This document shows, one piece after another, positions 30,056-40,518 of a stretch of DNA of 64,000 nucleotides. The notes below the pieces were generated by a model. That model saw only the letters and a list, made by a program, of their open reading frames with translations, made no database searches and was not told the origin of the DNA. The DNA is from Elusimicrobiota bacterium (GTDB lineage: Bacteria; Elusimicrobiota; UBA8919), in assembly GCA_003452965.1 (NCBI GenBank), contig DMMW01000084.1:20-64019 (forward strand), read 5' to 3'. Both the position numbers and the translations under genes were made by a program. Position 1 is the stretch's first letter. Every line of letters begins with the position of its first letter.

Positions 30056-31171
30056 ATGGAAAAATCTTCAGTTAAAAAAGAAAAACCGGAAGTTTATTTT
30101 GCAAGCACTGCCGTGGAATGTCTTGAAGGTGAAGCTACACTACCTGCGAAGTTTAAAAGAATGCTTAAGAAATTCAATCTTCCCAAAAGAGTCGGAAATA
30201 AGAAGGTTGTAATAAAAATGCATTTTGGTCAGGAATTGGGTTATACAACGATACACCCGTTTTTTGTACGGCTTCTTGTTCAGGCTGTAAAGGATGCCGG
30301 GGCAAAGTCGGTAAAAATTATGGATGGTGATGCAAAAAGTGCTGTAGCACGCGGATATACTTTAGAAGTGATAGGATGTCCGGTTGTTTCTTGTTTCGGT
30401 AAAGACGGAAAATACCTTTATACAGAAAAAATCGGATTCAAGAATCTTGACGAGGTATATTTTTCCGGTGAAGCGGTTGATGCTGAATTTTTCATTGATT
30501 TGTCACATCTAAAAGGCCATGGGGACTGCGGATTCGGCGGCGCCCTAAAAAATATAGCAATGGGTATAGTACCGAACGAATCAAGAAGAAGGTTGCATTC
30601 CCTTGAAGGCGGACTAATAGTTGATAAAGGTAAATGCATTTTCTGTCTTAAATGTTTTAAAGCATGCAAAAATGGAGCAATTAAAGCTGATAAAACTAAG
30701 AGAGAGATTGGTTTTTTCTTCCATAACTGTACATACTGCCAGCATTGTTTAATGGTATGTCCTGAAAAAGCAATAAAGATGGAAGACAGGACATTTGAAA
30801 ATTTCTCTGAAGGTATGGCAATAGTGACATCAAAATTTCTGCAGAAATTCAAACCGGAGAACCTGCTTTTTATAAATTTTCTTATGAATATAACTATTTA
30901 CTGTGATTGCTGGGGATTCAGTACGGCGTCATTAGTGCCTGATATAGGTATATTAGGTTCTGATGACATAGGGGCTATAGATACTGCGTCTTTGGATATG
31001 GTTAAAACGGAAAATCTTTTAGTAAACGGATTACCTAAAGGTCGCAAACTTTTAAGTAAAGGCAGGCATCTGTTTGAAAGAATTCATGGCAAAGACCCTT
31101 ATCTAATGTTGAAGTATCTTGAAAAATATTACAATTGTTCTATGAATTATAAACTGGAAGAAATAAAATAA
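30056..31171 (+). CDS. DUF362-family protein with 2x[4Fe-4S] ferredoxin insert
   Basis: CIFCLKCFKACKNG and CTYCQHCLMVCPEKA clusters within a DUF362-like scaffold. Confidence 0.65.
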   Translation: MEKSSVKKEKPEVYFASTAVECLEGEATLPAKFKRMLKKFNLPKRVGNKKVVIKMHFGQELGYTTIHPFFVRLLVQAVKDAGAKSVKIMDGDAKSAVARGYTLEVIGCPVVSCFGKDGKYLYTEKIGFKNLDEVYFSGEAVDAEFFIDLSHLKGHGDCGFGGALKNIAMGIVPNESRRRLHSLEGGLIVDKGKCIFCLKCFKACKNGAIKADKTKREIGFFFHNCTYCQHCLMVCPEKAIKMEDRTFENFSEGMAIVTSKFLQKFKPENLLFINFLMNITIYCDCWGFSTASLVPDIGILGSDDIGAIDTASLDMVKTENLLVNGLPKGRKLLSKGRHLFERIHGKDPYLMLKYLEKYYNCSMNYKLEEIK

Positions 31172-31185
31172 AAAAGTTAATATAT

Positions 31186-31315
31186 ACGACCTCCGTGGTT
31201 TACCCCGATGGATCGGGGTTGTTTACTCGGTCGTTGCAGTAGCTACGACCTCCGTGGTTTACCCCGATGGATCGGGGTTGTTTACTCGGTCGTTGCAGTA
31301 GCTACGACCTCCGTG
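31186..31315. repeat. 59-bp GC-rich structured tandem repeat, 2.2 copies
   Basis: Unit ACGACCTCCGTGGTTTACCCCGATGGATCGGGGTTGTTTACTCGGTCGTTGCAGTAGCT starts at 31186, 31245 and 31304 (partial); nested stems ACGACC/GGTCGT and CCCCGAT/ATCGGGG. Confidence 0.85.
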
Positions 31316-31328
31316 AACAAAAAATATC

Positions 31329-31357
31329 TTGACAAATTTTTATAATTTCTTTATAAT
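31329..31357 (+). promoter_or_regulatory. sigma70-like promoter (TTGACA, 17-bp spacer, TATAAT) with a 118-nt leader
   Basis: TTGACA at 31329-31334, TATAAT at 31352-31357. Confidence 0.45.
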
Positions 31358-31474
31358 TACAGTTACCGTTAATTTTGCATATGATTAAGCAGAGTGCATT
31401 TGTGCAGTTGTGTTCGGCAATATGAAATTATGCGGGAGTGCTTGGTTCACTTCATTAACGGAGTTTTGGTATTT

Positions 31475-31867
31475 ATGAAAATAGAAAAAGCCGTTGCTAT
31501 CGCAGTTGTTGTTGGGGCGATTTATGTTACATGGGATTTTTTTGCTACGGAAAAATTTCAGAATTATATAGATAAAAATTCTGAAAAACCGTGGGCGCAT
31601 AAGGTTCAGTATTATTTAGGCGAGATTAATATGGTAATACATACATCAGATTATTCATATGCAGAGTTTTGTTATAAACGTATGGAAGATAAATATCCTA
31701 AATCCGAATATACTCCCGAGGCATTATATAAGCTGGGAATGATTTATGAAGAAACCAAAAGGTTTGGATTGGCAAAAGTGACTTACAAAAAGATATTAGA
31801 GCAATATCCTAATTATGAGAATTATAAACGAGTTGAAAACAGATATGGCTTAATAATGAATTATTGA
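31475..31867 (+). CDS. small membrane-anchored TPR-like protein
   Basis: N-terminal TM, TPR-like helices (YKLGMIYEETKRFGLAKVTYKKILEQYP); start placed at the ATG with a GGAG RBS, track ORF starts at 31394. Confidence 0.5.
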   Translation: MKIEKAVAIAVVVGAIYVTWDFFATEKFQNYIDKNSEKPWAHKVQYYLGEINMVIHTSDYSYAEFCYKRMEDKYPKSEYTPEALYKLGMIYEETKRFGLAKVTYKKILEQYPNYENYKRVENRYGLIMNY

Positions 31868-31868
31868 G

Positions 31869-32591
31869 GTGATGTTTCACAGGATTATGAAAAAAATTGT
31901 TTTATCGGTTGTTGTTATACTTCATTCTTTTGTGAATATTGTTTATTCTCAATATTATATTCAAACTGGTATTTTTAAGGATAAGGAATCCGCTACTAGT
32001 TTTAGAATATATCTTGCAAGTCGTAATTATCCTACATTGATTGATTTTAGTGATAATTTCAGGATTATAGTCGGTCCGTATGAACAAAAAGAAAAAGCTG
32101 AATTTGTTGTTTCTAAATTGTATTCAGAAGAAAATATTTCTTCAAGTTTAATGGATGAAACAAACTTAAATAAAGCAAATATAGATGAATTAGAAAGTCT
32201 TGAGATTTCCGAAGAGGTTCTCGGTGAATTGATAAATTTTGCATTTGAATTTTTGGGGGTTAAATATAAATATGGCGGTGTGGATCCTGAAAAAGGGATT
32301 GATTGTTCTTACTTTGTCCAGACTGTTTATAAATCATTAGGAACGGTTTTGCCGCGGACATCGCGACTTCAGTTTAAAATCGGTAAAAAAATAGGAAAAG
32401 ATGAACTTATGCCCGGCGATCTCGTATTTTTCAGAAAATATTTGAGCGGTTCAAGAATAAACCATGTCGGGATGTATATAGGTAACGATGAATTTATCCA
32501 CGCTTCATATGGGGCTAAAAAAGTGACCATAAGTTCTTTAAATGAAATATATTATAAAAATAGATTCATGGGTGCTCGTAGGCCGTTATAA
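31869..32591 (+). CDS. SPOR-domain NlpC/P60 peptidoglycan endopeptidase
   Basis: SPOR domain near the N-terminus; NlpC/P60 catalytic Cys (GIDCSYFVQ) and His (HVGMYIG). Confidence 0.8.
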   Translation: MMFHRIMKKIVLSVVVILHSFVNIVYSQYYIQTGIFKDKESATSFRIYLASRNYPTLIDFSDNFRIIVGPYEQKEKAEFVVSKLYSEENISSSLMDETNLNKANIDELESLEISEEVLGELINFAFEFLGVKYKYGGVDPEKGIDCSYFVQTVYKSLGTVLPRTSRLQFKIGKKIGKDELMPGDLVFFRKYLSGSRINHVGMYIGNDEFIHASYGAKKVTISSLNEIYYKNRFMGARRPL

Positions 32592-32625
32592 AAAATAAGT
32601 ATATATTATGATTTGTAAAACAGGT

Positions 32626-32657
32626 AAAAGTCTTGGATTGACTTTTTTTTATTTTTT
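32626..32657 (+). terminator. rho-independent terminator
   Basis: AAAAGTC-TTGGATT-GACTTTT stem-loop followed by a T9AT6 tract. Confidence 0.5.
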
Positions 32658-32701
32658 GATATAAACAATCTACGTGGTATTCTGCAAAAGTAAATAAATT
32701 T

Positions 32702-33811
32702 ATGTCTACCGAATTTGAATCTTGGCTTATATTAAATAGAATATTAAACGATTGTCCTTCTAAGTTTAGAAAACTTGTGGAGTTTTTTGGCACAGCCGAG
32801 AGAGTTTTGTCGGTGTCTGACAACGACCTAATGCTTGTTGAAGGTATAGATGAAAAAGTATCCAAATCTATTTCTAATCAATGTCGCGAAATAGATATCC
32901 AAAAGGAAATAGAAGAAACAAAGAAAAATGGAGTAAAGGTTATCGCCTCGTTCATGGACGAGTATCCCAAAGCATTAAAGAATATATATGATTATCCGCC
33001 TGTTATTTATTTAAAAGGAAGTTTTGAAAAAAGTGATTCGGTTGCGATGGCTGTAGTCGGTACCAGGATGATGACATCATACGGAAAGAATATTTGCGAA
33101 TATATCACCAAAGAACTTGTTAATGCAGGTATTACCGTTGTTAGCGGATTAGCGAGAGGTATTGATACCATATCGCATAGAATGTGTATTGAAGAAAAAG
33201 GACGGACAATTGCGGTTTTAGGAAACGGATTAAATAATCATTATCCACCCGAAAATAGAAAATTGGAAGATAAGATAATCGAAAACGGCGCATTGATTTC
33301 TGAGTTTGCAATGAACGTCAGACCCGACAAAGCAAATTTTCCGAGACGGAACCGTTTAATAAGCGGTCTTTCGATGGGAGTCATTGTAGTTGAAGCTGAT
33401 GAAAAAAGTGGAGCTTTAATTACAGCGAAATTTGCTGTTGAACAGGGAAAGGATGTTTTTGCTGTTCCGGGTAATATTTATTCAAAATATTCAAAGGGAC
33501 CGCACAAATTAATTAAAAATGGAGCGAAACTTGTTGAAACTTTTGATGATATAATAAACGAAATTAATGTGCTTAAAAATTTTGTAAAAAATACTCAAAA
33601 AAATATCAGGATATTAAAGGAAAATAAAAATTTAAATAAAGAATCAAAGATAGTGTTGGAATCAATGGGAAATGAGCCGATTCACATAGATTTATTGGCG
33701 GACAAAACCGAGATGCAGGTTGAAAAATTATCAGTTATTCTTCTTGGGCTTGTTATGGACGGTTTTATTTCAGAATTACACGGCAAAAACTATATAAAGA
33801 AATATAATTAG
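32702..33811 (+). CDS. dprA: DNA processing protein DprA
   Basis: Rossmann-like core GLARGIDT and AVLGNGL, C-terminal wHTH. Confidence 0.9.
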   Translation: MSTEFESWLILNRILNDCPSKFRKLVEFFGTAERVLSVSDNDLMLVEGIDEKVSKSISNQCREIDIQKEIEETKKNGVKVIASFMDEYPKALKNIYDYPPVIYLKGSFEKSDSVAMAVVGTRMMTSYGKNICEYITKELVNAGITVVSGLARGIDTISHRMCIEEKGRTIAVLGNGLNNHYPPENRKLEDKIIENGALISEFAMNVRPDKANFPRRNRLISGLSMGVIVVEADEKSGALITAKFAVEQGKDVFAVPGNIYSKYSKGPHKLIKNGAKLVETFDDIINEINVLKNFVKNTQKNIRILKENKNLNKESKIVLESMGNEPIHIDLLADKTEMQVEKLSVILLGLVMDGFISELHGKNYIKKYN

Positions 33812-33945
33812 GACATCCTAAAAAAGAAAAGATGTCTGATTACATAGATTAGAAAACAGATTACACAGATTTTATTATAGGATTAGGTTCTAATCGGTGT
33901 AATCGATGTTAATAATCTGAGTAATCATTTTATTAAGGAAAATTT

Positions 33946-35973
33946 ATGAAAAATCCATTGGTAATTGTTGAATCGCCTACTAAAGCAAAAATGATAACAA
34001 ATTTTCTTAAAAAAAAATATAAGGTAATCGCATCTAAGGGACATGTATTTGATTTACCGCAGAAACACCTTGGTGTAAATATTAAAAATAACTTCAAGCC
34101 ATCATATAAAATACTTCCAGGTAAAGAAAAAATTATGGAAGAAATAAAGTCTGCTATTATCAAGGCATCAGATATTTATGTGGCAACCGATTATGATAGG
34201 GAAGGAGAGGCAATCGGCTGGCATATAATTGAATCTGCAAAAGTAGATCCAAAGAAGGTTAAAAGGATAGTATTTCATGAGATTACTCAGGCGGCAATTG
34301 AGGATGCAATAAAGAATCCGAGAAGTATGGACGGGAATCTTGTAGATGCTCAACAATCAAGAAGGATTTTGGACCGTTTAGTAGGATATCAGATTAGTCC
34401 GCTTTTAGGAAAAAATGTAAGAAAAGGGCTTTCTGCAGGTAGAGTACAGTCGGTTACACTGCGTTTAATCGTAGAAAGAGAAAATGAAATAAAGGATTTT
34501 AAGTCGCAGGAATATTGGACGATATCAGTGTCGCTTGAAAAAAATCAGGAAAAATTTAATGCGGAACTGGTTTCAAAAAGCGAAAAAAAATACCAAACAA
34601 CAATAAGCCATGAATTATTTGCCGAGAAATATAATATTAAAGTAACGTCCATAAAAACAGAAAAAGAGGCAAATGCAATCCTTGAAGATATTAATAACGG
34701 CGAATTTATAGTGAATTCAGTGGATAGAAGTGAGCGTGTCAGGAATCCGCTGCCGCCTTTTATGACATCAACGTTGCAGAGAGAAGCGATTAATAAACTC
34801 AGCTTTAATTCTGCAAGAACTATGTCAATTGCACAAAGGTTATATGAAAATGGTTTTATTACCTATATGAGAACGGATTCGCTTGATATTTCTGCAGTTG
34901 CACAAAAGCAGGCAAAGGATTATATTTTAAAAAACTTCGGTAAAGAATATCTGCCCCCCAAAACAAGATTTTATAAAACAAAAAGTAAATCGGCACAAGA
35001 AGCGCATGAAGCGATAAGGCCAACAGATGTTTCTAAAAATCCTGAATCACTCAGTCTGGAAAAGGATGAGCAAAAACTATATAAACTGATATGGCTCAGA
35101 TTTATTGCAAGCCAGATGTCGTCTGCCATAGTGAATGCTGTTTCAGTGGATATAAAAGTAAAGGATTATATGTTTCACTCTACCGGTTCTTCTATGAAGT
35201 TTGACGGCTATCTAAAAGTATATCCAGAGGATTTGAAAGATACGATGTTGCCAGATTTGATAGTCGGTGAAAAAGTGAAATCCGAAAACATTGTTCCCAA
35301 GCAACATTTTACGGAACCGCCTCCGCGATATACAGAAGCATCAATTATCAAAACGCTTGAAGAACGGGGGATAGGACGTCCCTCAACATATGCTCCGACA
35401 GTATCGACATTAAAACACAGGGGATATGTAAATATTGAAAAAATGAAATTGATACCCCAGGATGTAAGTTTTACCGTAATAGATATTTTGAAAAAATATT
35501 TTCCGGAAATAATCGATATTAATTTTACTGCAGAGATGGAAGAAAAACTTGATATGATTGCCGAAGGCAAAGTTGAATGGATAAAGATGATTACAGATTT
35601 TTATAATCCGTTTTCCAAAACGCTAGATAATGCAAAGGCGAATATGGAAAATGTAAAAAAAGTGATTGAAACGACAGAGAAATGCGAGAAATGCGGTTCA
35701 ATAATGGTCATTAGAGAAGGGAGATTCGGTAAATTCATGGCATGTTCTAATTTCCCGAAATGCAGAAATACGATGTCTATTGACAAGGAAGGACATAAAA
35801 TCGTGCCTGAGGTTACCAACGAAAAGTGTCCGAAGTGCGGTATGAGTATGGTTGTAAGATCGGGGCGCAGAGGAAAATTCCTTGCATGCAGCGGTTATCC
35901 AAAATGCAAAACAACGAAAAACCTGGATTCTGAGGATAAAAATGGAATACAAAAAGAGCAAAGCACAGAATGA
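33946..35973 (+). CDS. topA: DNA topoisomerase I with C-terminal zinc ribbons
   Basis: TOPRIM N-terminus (LVIVESPTKAK, DREGE), active-site Tyr region, C-terminal CxxC...CxxC ribbons. Confidence 0.95.
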   Translation: MKNPLVIVESPTKAKMITNFLKKKYKVIASKGHVFDLPQKHLGVNIKNNFKPSYKILPGKEKIMEEIKSAIIKASDIYVATDYDREGEAIGWHIIESAKVDPKKVKRIVFHEITQAAIEDAIKNPRSMDGNLVDAQQSRRILDRLVGYQISPLLGKNVRKGLSAGRVQSVTLRLIVERENEIKDFKSQEYWTISVSLEKNQEKFNAELVSKSEKKYQTTISHELFAEKYNIKVTSIKTEKEANAILEDINNGEFIVNSVDRSERVRNPLPPFMTSTLQREAINKLSFNSARTMSIAQRLYENGFITYMRTDSLDISAVAQKQAKDYILKNFGKEYLPPKTRFYKTKSKSAQEAHEAIRPTDVSKNPESLSLEKDEQKLYKLIWLRFIASQMSSAIVNAVSVDIKVKDYMFHSTGSSMKFDGYLKVYPEDLKDTMLPDLIVGEKVKSENIVPKQHFTEPPPRYTEASIIKTLEERGIGRPSTYAPTVSTLKHRGYVNIEKMKLIPQDVSFTVIDILKKYFPEIIDINFTAEMEEKLDMIAEGKVEWIKMITDFYNPFSKTLDNAKANMENVKKVIETTEKCEKCGSIMVIREGRFGKFMACSNFPKCRNTMSIDKEGHKIVPEVTNEKCPKCGMSMVVRSGRRGKFLACSGYPKCKTTKNLDSEDKNGIQKEQSTE

Positions 35974-36832
35974 GAATATAGAGAATTATATAAAGTTTTT
36001 GAAAATACAAAAGAATATTTCTAATAACACAGAGTTGGCGTATAGAAGAGATATTAAACAATTTTATGATTTTCTATCACATAAAGAAATTGGCATCAAG
36101 GATACGGATAAATACATATTAAGGGACTATCTTGTAAATATTCTTAATATATCAAAGAAAAAAACTACGATAATCAGGAAGATTGTTGCATTAAGAGGTT
36201 TTTATAAATTCCTTGTAAAATGCAAAATATTAAAAACATCACCTATGGAATTGATATCAGCACCTAAAAAAGAGAGCCACCTCCCAGATTTTCTTACGAT
36301 TGATGAAACAAAGCTTTTATTATCCGCTCCCGACATAAAAAATATCCTTGGATTGAGAGATAGGGCAATTTTTGAATTGTTTTACTCTTCCGGTCTACGT
36401 ATTTCCGAGCTTACAGGACTTAACAGTGAAGATGTTGATTTTTTTTCAGGTGTTTTGAAGGTTACCGGAAAAGGTTCGAAACAACGGTTAGTGCCTGTCG
36501 GGGATGCCGCACTGGATATTATCAGGAAATATATTAAATCAAGAAAAGACAATTCATCCGCGCTTTTTATTGATTATCGTCAGCAAAGGTTATCGGCGAG
36601 ATGGATACAGAAAATGATTAAGAAATATTTAAGAAAAATAGGGATTACAAAAAAAATAACACCACATTCTTTAAGACATACTTTTGCGACCCATCTTCTT
36701 GATGCCGGTTGTGATATAAGAAGCGTCCAAGAAATGCTGGGACACAAGAATATTGTAACAACGCAGATATATACGCACATAACGGCAACGAAAATGAAAA
36801 AGGTATATGACAAAGTTCATCCAAGGGCATAG
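35942..36832 (+). CDS. tyrosine recombinase XerC/XerD family
   Basis: R..H..R..Y catalytic set (HSLRHTFATHLL, GHKNIVTTQIYTH); start at the internal ATG overlapping the topA end. Confidence 0.85.
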   Translation: MEYKKSKAQNENIENYIKFLKIQKNISNNTELAYRRDIKQFYDFLSHKEIGIKDTDKYILRDYLVNILNISKKKTTIIRKIVALRGFYKFLVKCKILKTSPMELISAPKKESHLPDFLTIDETKLLLSAPDIKNILGLRDRAIFELFYSSGLRISELTGLNSEDVDFFSGVLKVTGKGSKQRLVPVGDAALDIIRKYIKSRKDNSSALFIDYRQQRLSARWIQKMIKKYLRKIGITKKITPHSLRHTFATHLLDAGCDIRSVQEMLGHKNIVTTQIYTHITATKMKKVYDKVHPRA

Positions 36833-36835
36833 ATT

Positions 36836-37819
36836 ATGAGGGATAGTGTCCGTATAGTTATGGAAGAAACAGGTTGCGATGAAGGGCAGGCGATACTAGC
36901 CCTTGAATCATGTAACTATGTTATCTCAAAATCAATATCAAAAATATTTGATTTGCTTAAAAATATAGTTGTAGTAAAAAGCAAATTTTATACTTTTGGC
37001 ACTCATCTTTACGGAATGCTTACCATAATAGTTGATATCAACCATAACAAGCATTTAAGGACAAAAGCTTTGGTAACGTATAATCCGACAACTTATGAAA
37101 TTGACTTATCGCAAAATTGGTATGAATATGAAAAGAAACTATATACTGCAAGATTGATTTCAGGCAGTATTCCGGATATATCTCTTGATATTGAATCAAA
37201 AGTCGTTACTGAAATGCTTGATGAATACAAGAGCAGTTTTTTCTCAGCGGTTAAGGAAAAAAATATTATGGAGGTTGCGGATATTCTTGAAGATATTCTA
37301 AGGGAACCATTAAAAACGCATGCTGTAAATTTTGATATTATATTAGAAGAGCTTAATCTTTCACAATTCAAAAAGATAACGGATAAAAACCTGCCACAGC
37401 AAATGGAACTTGAATTCAACGAATATAATATAAATGTTGCTGAACCGCTTACAATAGATGTAATATGTATATCCGGTAACGGACCTTCGCTTAAAGCGAA
37501 ATCGTTATTGCCGGGTGACGAGATTCTTGTATTAATAAACGATAGCAGGGACATTGCCCAATATCTTAGCGGGCTTTTAGGCGGACGGGATGTTTACAGA
37601 CCGGTTGCAATTCCATCAAAAATCCAAGAAGTGGTGAAATCTAAAAATAAATTATTAATTTATGTGCGGTTAGCTGCTGGTGTAATAGGCAAGTCAATAG
37701 TTTCCGAAAACGAAAAAATCAGGGTATTATACTTAGGAAGGAGAAAGATGTTGATAAATCGTATTTTTTTAAAATTTTACTTGATTTTTTCTAAATTTTT
37801 TGAGATAATAAAAAGATAA
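36836..37819 (+). CDS. hypothetical protein with UBA-like N-terminus
   Basis: 327 aa; the N-terminal 35 aa (IVMEETGCDEGQAILALESCNYVISKSI) resemble NAC/EF-Ts UBA-like helices; remainder unrecognised. Confidence 0.45.
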   Translation: MRDSVRIVMEETGCDEGQAILALESCNYVISKSISKIFDLLKNIVVVKSKFYTFGTHLYGMLTIIVDINHNKHLRTKALVTYNPTTYEIDLSQNWYEYEKKLYTARLISGSIPDISLDIESKVVTEMLDEYKSSFFSAVKEKNIMEVADILEDILREPLKTHAVNFDIILEELNLSQFKKITDKNLPQQMELEFNEYNINVAEPLTIDVICISGNGPSLKAKSLLPGDEILVLINDSRDIAQYLSGLLGGRDVYRPVAIPSKIQEVVKSKNKLLIYVRLAAGVIGKSIVSENEKIRVLYLGRRKMLINRIFLKFYLIFSKFFEIIKR

Positions 37820-37905
37820 CTCTTTAGGGTTATAGGGTTATAAACTCTAAAACTCTATGAACGCTATGAACGTTAAAACTATATAAACGCAATTGGAGGT
37901 AAAAA

Positions 37906-38718
37906 ATGAGTAGTGTATCAATGAAAAGTTTACTTGAAGCAGGAGTCCACTTTGGACATCAAAAGAGCCAGTGGAATCCAAAAATGTCTAAATTTATATT
38001 TGGACATAGAAATAAAGTTCATATTATCGATCTTGCAAAAACAGTCAAAGAACTAAAAAAGGCATGCAAATTTGTGAAGGATGTTGCATCAAGTAACGGT
38101 TCTGTTCTTTTTGTGGGAACTAAACACCAGTCACAGGAAATTGTAAAGAATGAGGCGATACGATGCGGAGCCCATTATATTGTTTCAAGATGGCTTGGCG
38201 GTACTCTAACAAATTTTGATACTATTAGGAAGAATGTGGCAAGACTAAATGAAATTGAGAAAATGAAATCGGATGGGCTGTTTGATAAATTGCCTAAAAA
38301 AGAAATATCGATGCTTACCAAAGAATGGAAGAAATTGGAATTATCATTATCGGGCATAAAAAATATGAAGGATATTCCAAGCGTGGTGTTTATTGTAGAT
38401 CCTGTCAATGAAAAGACAGCAGTTGATGAAGCCCGCAGATTAAAAATTCCTATTGTAGCGATTTGTGATACAAATAGTGACCCCGATGTTGTAGATTATT
38501 GTATCCCGGGCAATGATGATGCAATCAAATCTATAAATTTGCTTGTAACCGTTGTAGCAGATGCTGTTTTGGAAGGTAAATCAGTCGTAAAAGCTGCTGA
38601 TAATCATCAAATTACCGTTGAAGAAAAATATTCGTCTGAAGAAGAAATACCTATGACTGAAGTTGCTGAAAATAAAGAGGTCGTTGAAAATAAGGAAAAT
38701 GTACCTGAGAAACAGTAA
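37906..38718 (+). CDS. rpsB: 30S ribosomal protein S2
   Basis: LLEAGVHFGHQKSQWNPKM N-terminus. Confidence 0.95.
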   Translation: MSSVSMKSLLEAGVHFGHQKSQWNPKMSKFIFGHRNKVHIIDLAKTVKELKKACKFVKDVASSNGSVLFVGTKHQSQEIVKNEAIRCGAHYIVSRWLGGTLTNFDTIRKNVARLNEIEKMKSDGLFDKLPKKEISMLTKEWKKLELSLSGIKNMKDIPSVVFIVDPVNEKTAVDEARRLKIPIVAICDTNSDPDVVDYCIPGNDDAIKSINLLVTVVADAVLEGKSVVKAADNHQITVEEKYSSEEEIPMTEVAENKEVVENKENVPEKQ

Positions 38719-38740
38719 AAGGCAGAGATTAGCGTAGAGC

Positions 38741-38830
38741 GTATAGAGATTAGAGGTTAGTATTTAATTTTTATTATCTCTTTTCAATATACGCTAACCT
38801 CTCCGCCAGCTGGCGGAACGCTATCCGCTG
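38741..38830 (-). repeat. inverted copy of the CCGCCAGCTGGCGG-containing dispersed repeat
   Basis: Reverse complement is about 95% identical to 29943-30030. Confidence 0.65.
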
Positions 38831-38856
38831 AATTATAAAAAAGAAGGAGTAATAAA

Positions 38857-39486
38857 ATGAGTGAAGTAAAATCGGAACAAAATACAAAAATAACGGGTGA
38901 AATGGTTTCAAGATTAAGAGAAAAAACCAGTTGCGGAATGATGGATTGCAAACAAGCACTAATAGAAACAGGCGGTGACGAAGAAAAAGCGATAGCAAAG
39001 TTAAGGGAAAAGGGTATAGCGACCGCACAGAAGAAAGCCACAAGAACAACTAAGGAGGGGATGGTATTTTCTTATATTCATCCGGGCAGCAAATTAGGTG
39101 TGCTTCTGGAAATAAACTGTGAAACGGATTTTGTTGCAAAAACCGAAGATTTCCAGAATCTTGGCAGAGAACTTGCTATGCAAATTGCAGCGGCATCTCC
39201 GACGGTTGTAAGTAAGGAAAATGTTGCTAAAGATGAATTAGAGAAGGAAAAAGAAATATTGAAAGCCCAGGCATTGAAAGAAGGTAAACCCGAAAAAATC
39301 CTTGATAAAATAATTACCGGCCGTTTAGATAAATTTTATGAAAGAATATGTCTATTAGAACAGCCGTATATAAGAGACGCAAGTGGTAAGAAAAAGGTTA
39401 AGGATTTAATAACCGAAGTAGTCGCAAAAATAGGTGAAAATCTTTTAGTAAAAAGGTTTGCAAGATTTAAAGTCGGCGAAGAATGA
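38857..39486 (+). CDS. tsf: elongation factor Ts
   Basis: UBA-like N-terminus (VSRLREKTSCGMMDCKQAL) and a single dimerisation core. Confidence 0.9.
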   Translation: MSEVKSEQNTKITGEMVSRLREKTSCGMMDCKQALIETGGDEEKAIAKLREKGIATAQKKATRTTKEGMVFSYIHPGSKLGVLLEINCETDFVAKTEDFQNLGRELAMQIAAASPTVVSKENVAKDELEKEKEILKAQALKEGKPEKILDKIITGRLDKFYERICLLEQPYIRDASGKKKVKDLITEVVAKIGENLLVKRFARFKVGEE

Positions 39487-39505
39487 TTTTAATAAACTTT
39501 GTTAG

Positions 39506-39570
39506 GTATACAGAGTATACAGAGTATACAGAGTATACAGAGTATACAGAGTATACACATAGTATACTTC
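39506..39570. repeat. tandem 9-mer (GTATACAGA) x6 microsatellite
   Basis: Direct reading of the sequence; degenerate 7th unit. Confidence 0.8.
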
Positions 39571-39711
39571 GTTACTGAATTATAGGGTTTTATAGTTATT
39601 CCGCTATTTCATCCACTAAAACACTGGCGGGCAAGATAGAATCAGTATCGGGATGGATGATCTCTGTAAATTGTAGTGTTGTTTTTTTAATTCCTCAAGT
39701 GATAATTAAAG

Positions 39712-40413
39712 ATGAAATATAAGCGAATTGTAATAAAACTTTCCGGTGAATCGCTTGGTAAGAATGGTGATGGGCTGGATTTTTCTTTTATTGACAAAAT
39801 AATTCAAGAAATCAAAAACGTTTATAAAACAGGTGTTTCAATAGGGATTATAATTGGAGGCGGAAATATTTGGCGCGGTGCCGTGGACGGTACGCAGATT
39901 AATAAAACATCTGCAGATTATATCGGAATATTGGCGACACTGATTAACGGCATGGTCTTATGTGAGAGATTTAAAGCGAAAGGCATTCCTACAGAAGTAT
40001 TTGCACCGTTTAATGTTAATAATTTTATTGAACAGTTTACTTTGGAAAAAATAGAAACTGCATGGAAAAATAAGAAAATAGTTATAATGACCGGCGGCAC
40101 AGGGCGTCCGCATTTTACGACTGATACAGCAAGCGCTATTTTTGCGGTAGAGTCAAAAGCAGATGCTATTTTTAAAGCTACAACTGTCGCGGGTGTATAT
40201 GATGATGATCCTAAAAAAAATAAAAATGCAAGACTTCTTAAAAAAATATCTTTTGATGAAGTAATCAGTAAAAATTTAAAAGTAATGGATATGGCTGCAT
40301 TTTCGCTTTGTCGTCAGCATAAAATTAAAATAATCGTTTTTGATTTCAGTAAAAAGAATAATATTTTAAAAGCTGTATCGGGAGAACCAATAGGTTCCTT
40401 AATACATTGCTAA
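39712..40413 (+). CDS. pyrH: UMP kinase
   Basis: RIVIKLSGE and GGGNIWRG motifs. Confidence 0.92.
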   Translation: MKYKRIVIKLSGESLGKNGDGLDFSFIDKIIQEIKNVYKTGVSIGIIIGGGNIWRGAVDGTQINKTSADYIGILATLINGMVLCERFKAKGIPTEVFAPFNVNNFIEQFTLEKIETAWKNKKIVIMTGGTGRPHFTTDTASAIFAVESKADAIFKATTVAGVYDDDPKKNKNARLLKKISFDEVISKNLKVMDMAAFSLCRQHKIKIIVFDFSKKNNILKAVSGEPIGSLIHC

Positions 40414-40518
40414 ATTGTGACTATCTATAGGTCACTATATAGGTCAGTCGGGCACAATCCCACAGTCCCGCTGTCGCATAATTTTATACATTAATTAAAT
40501 AATGAAAGTGGAGGAAAA

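Noticed and set aside
31186-31315. Possible CRISPR array
   Set aside because: The 59-bp units are directly adjacent with no spacers, there are only 2.2 copies, and no cas genes are nearby.
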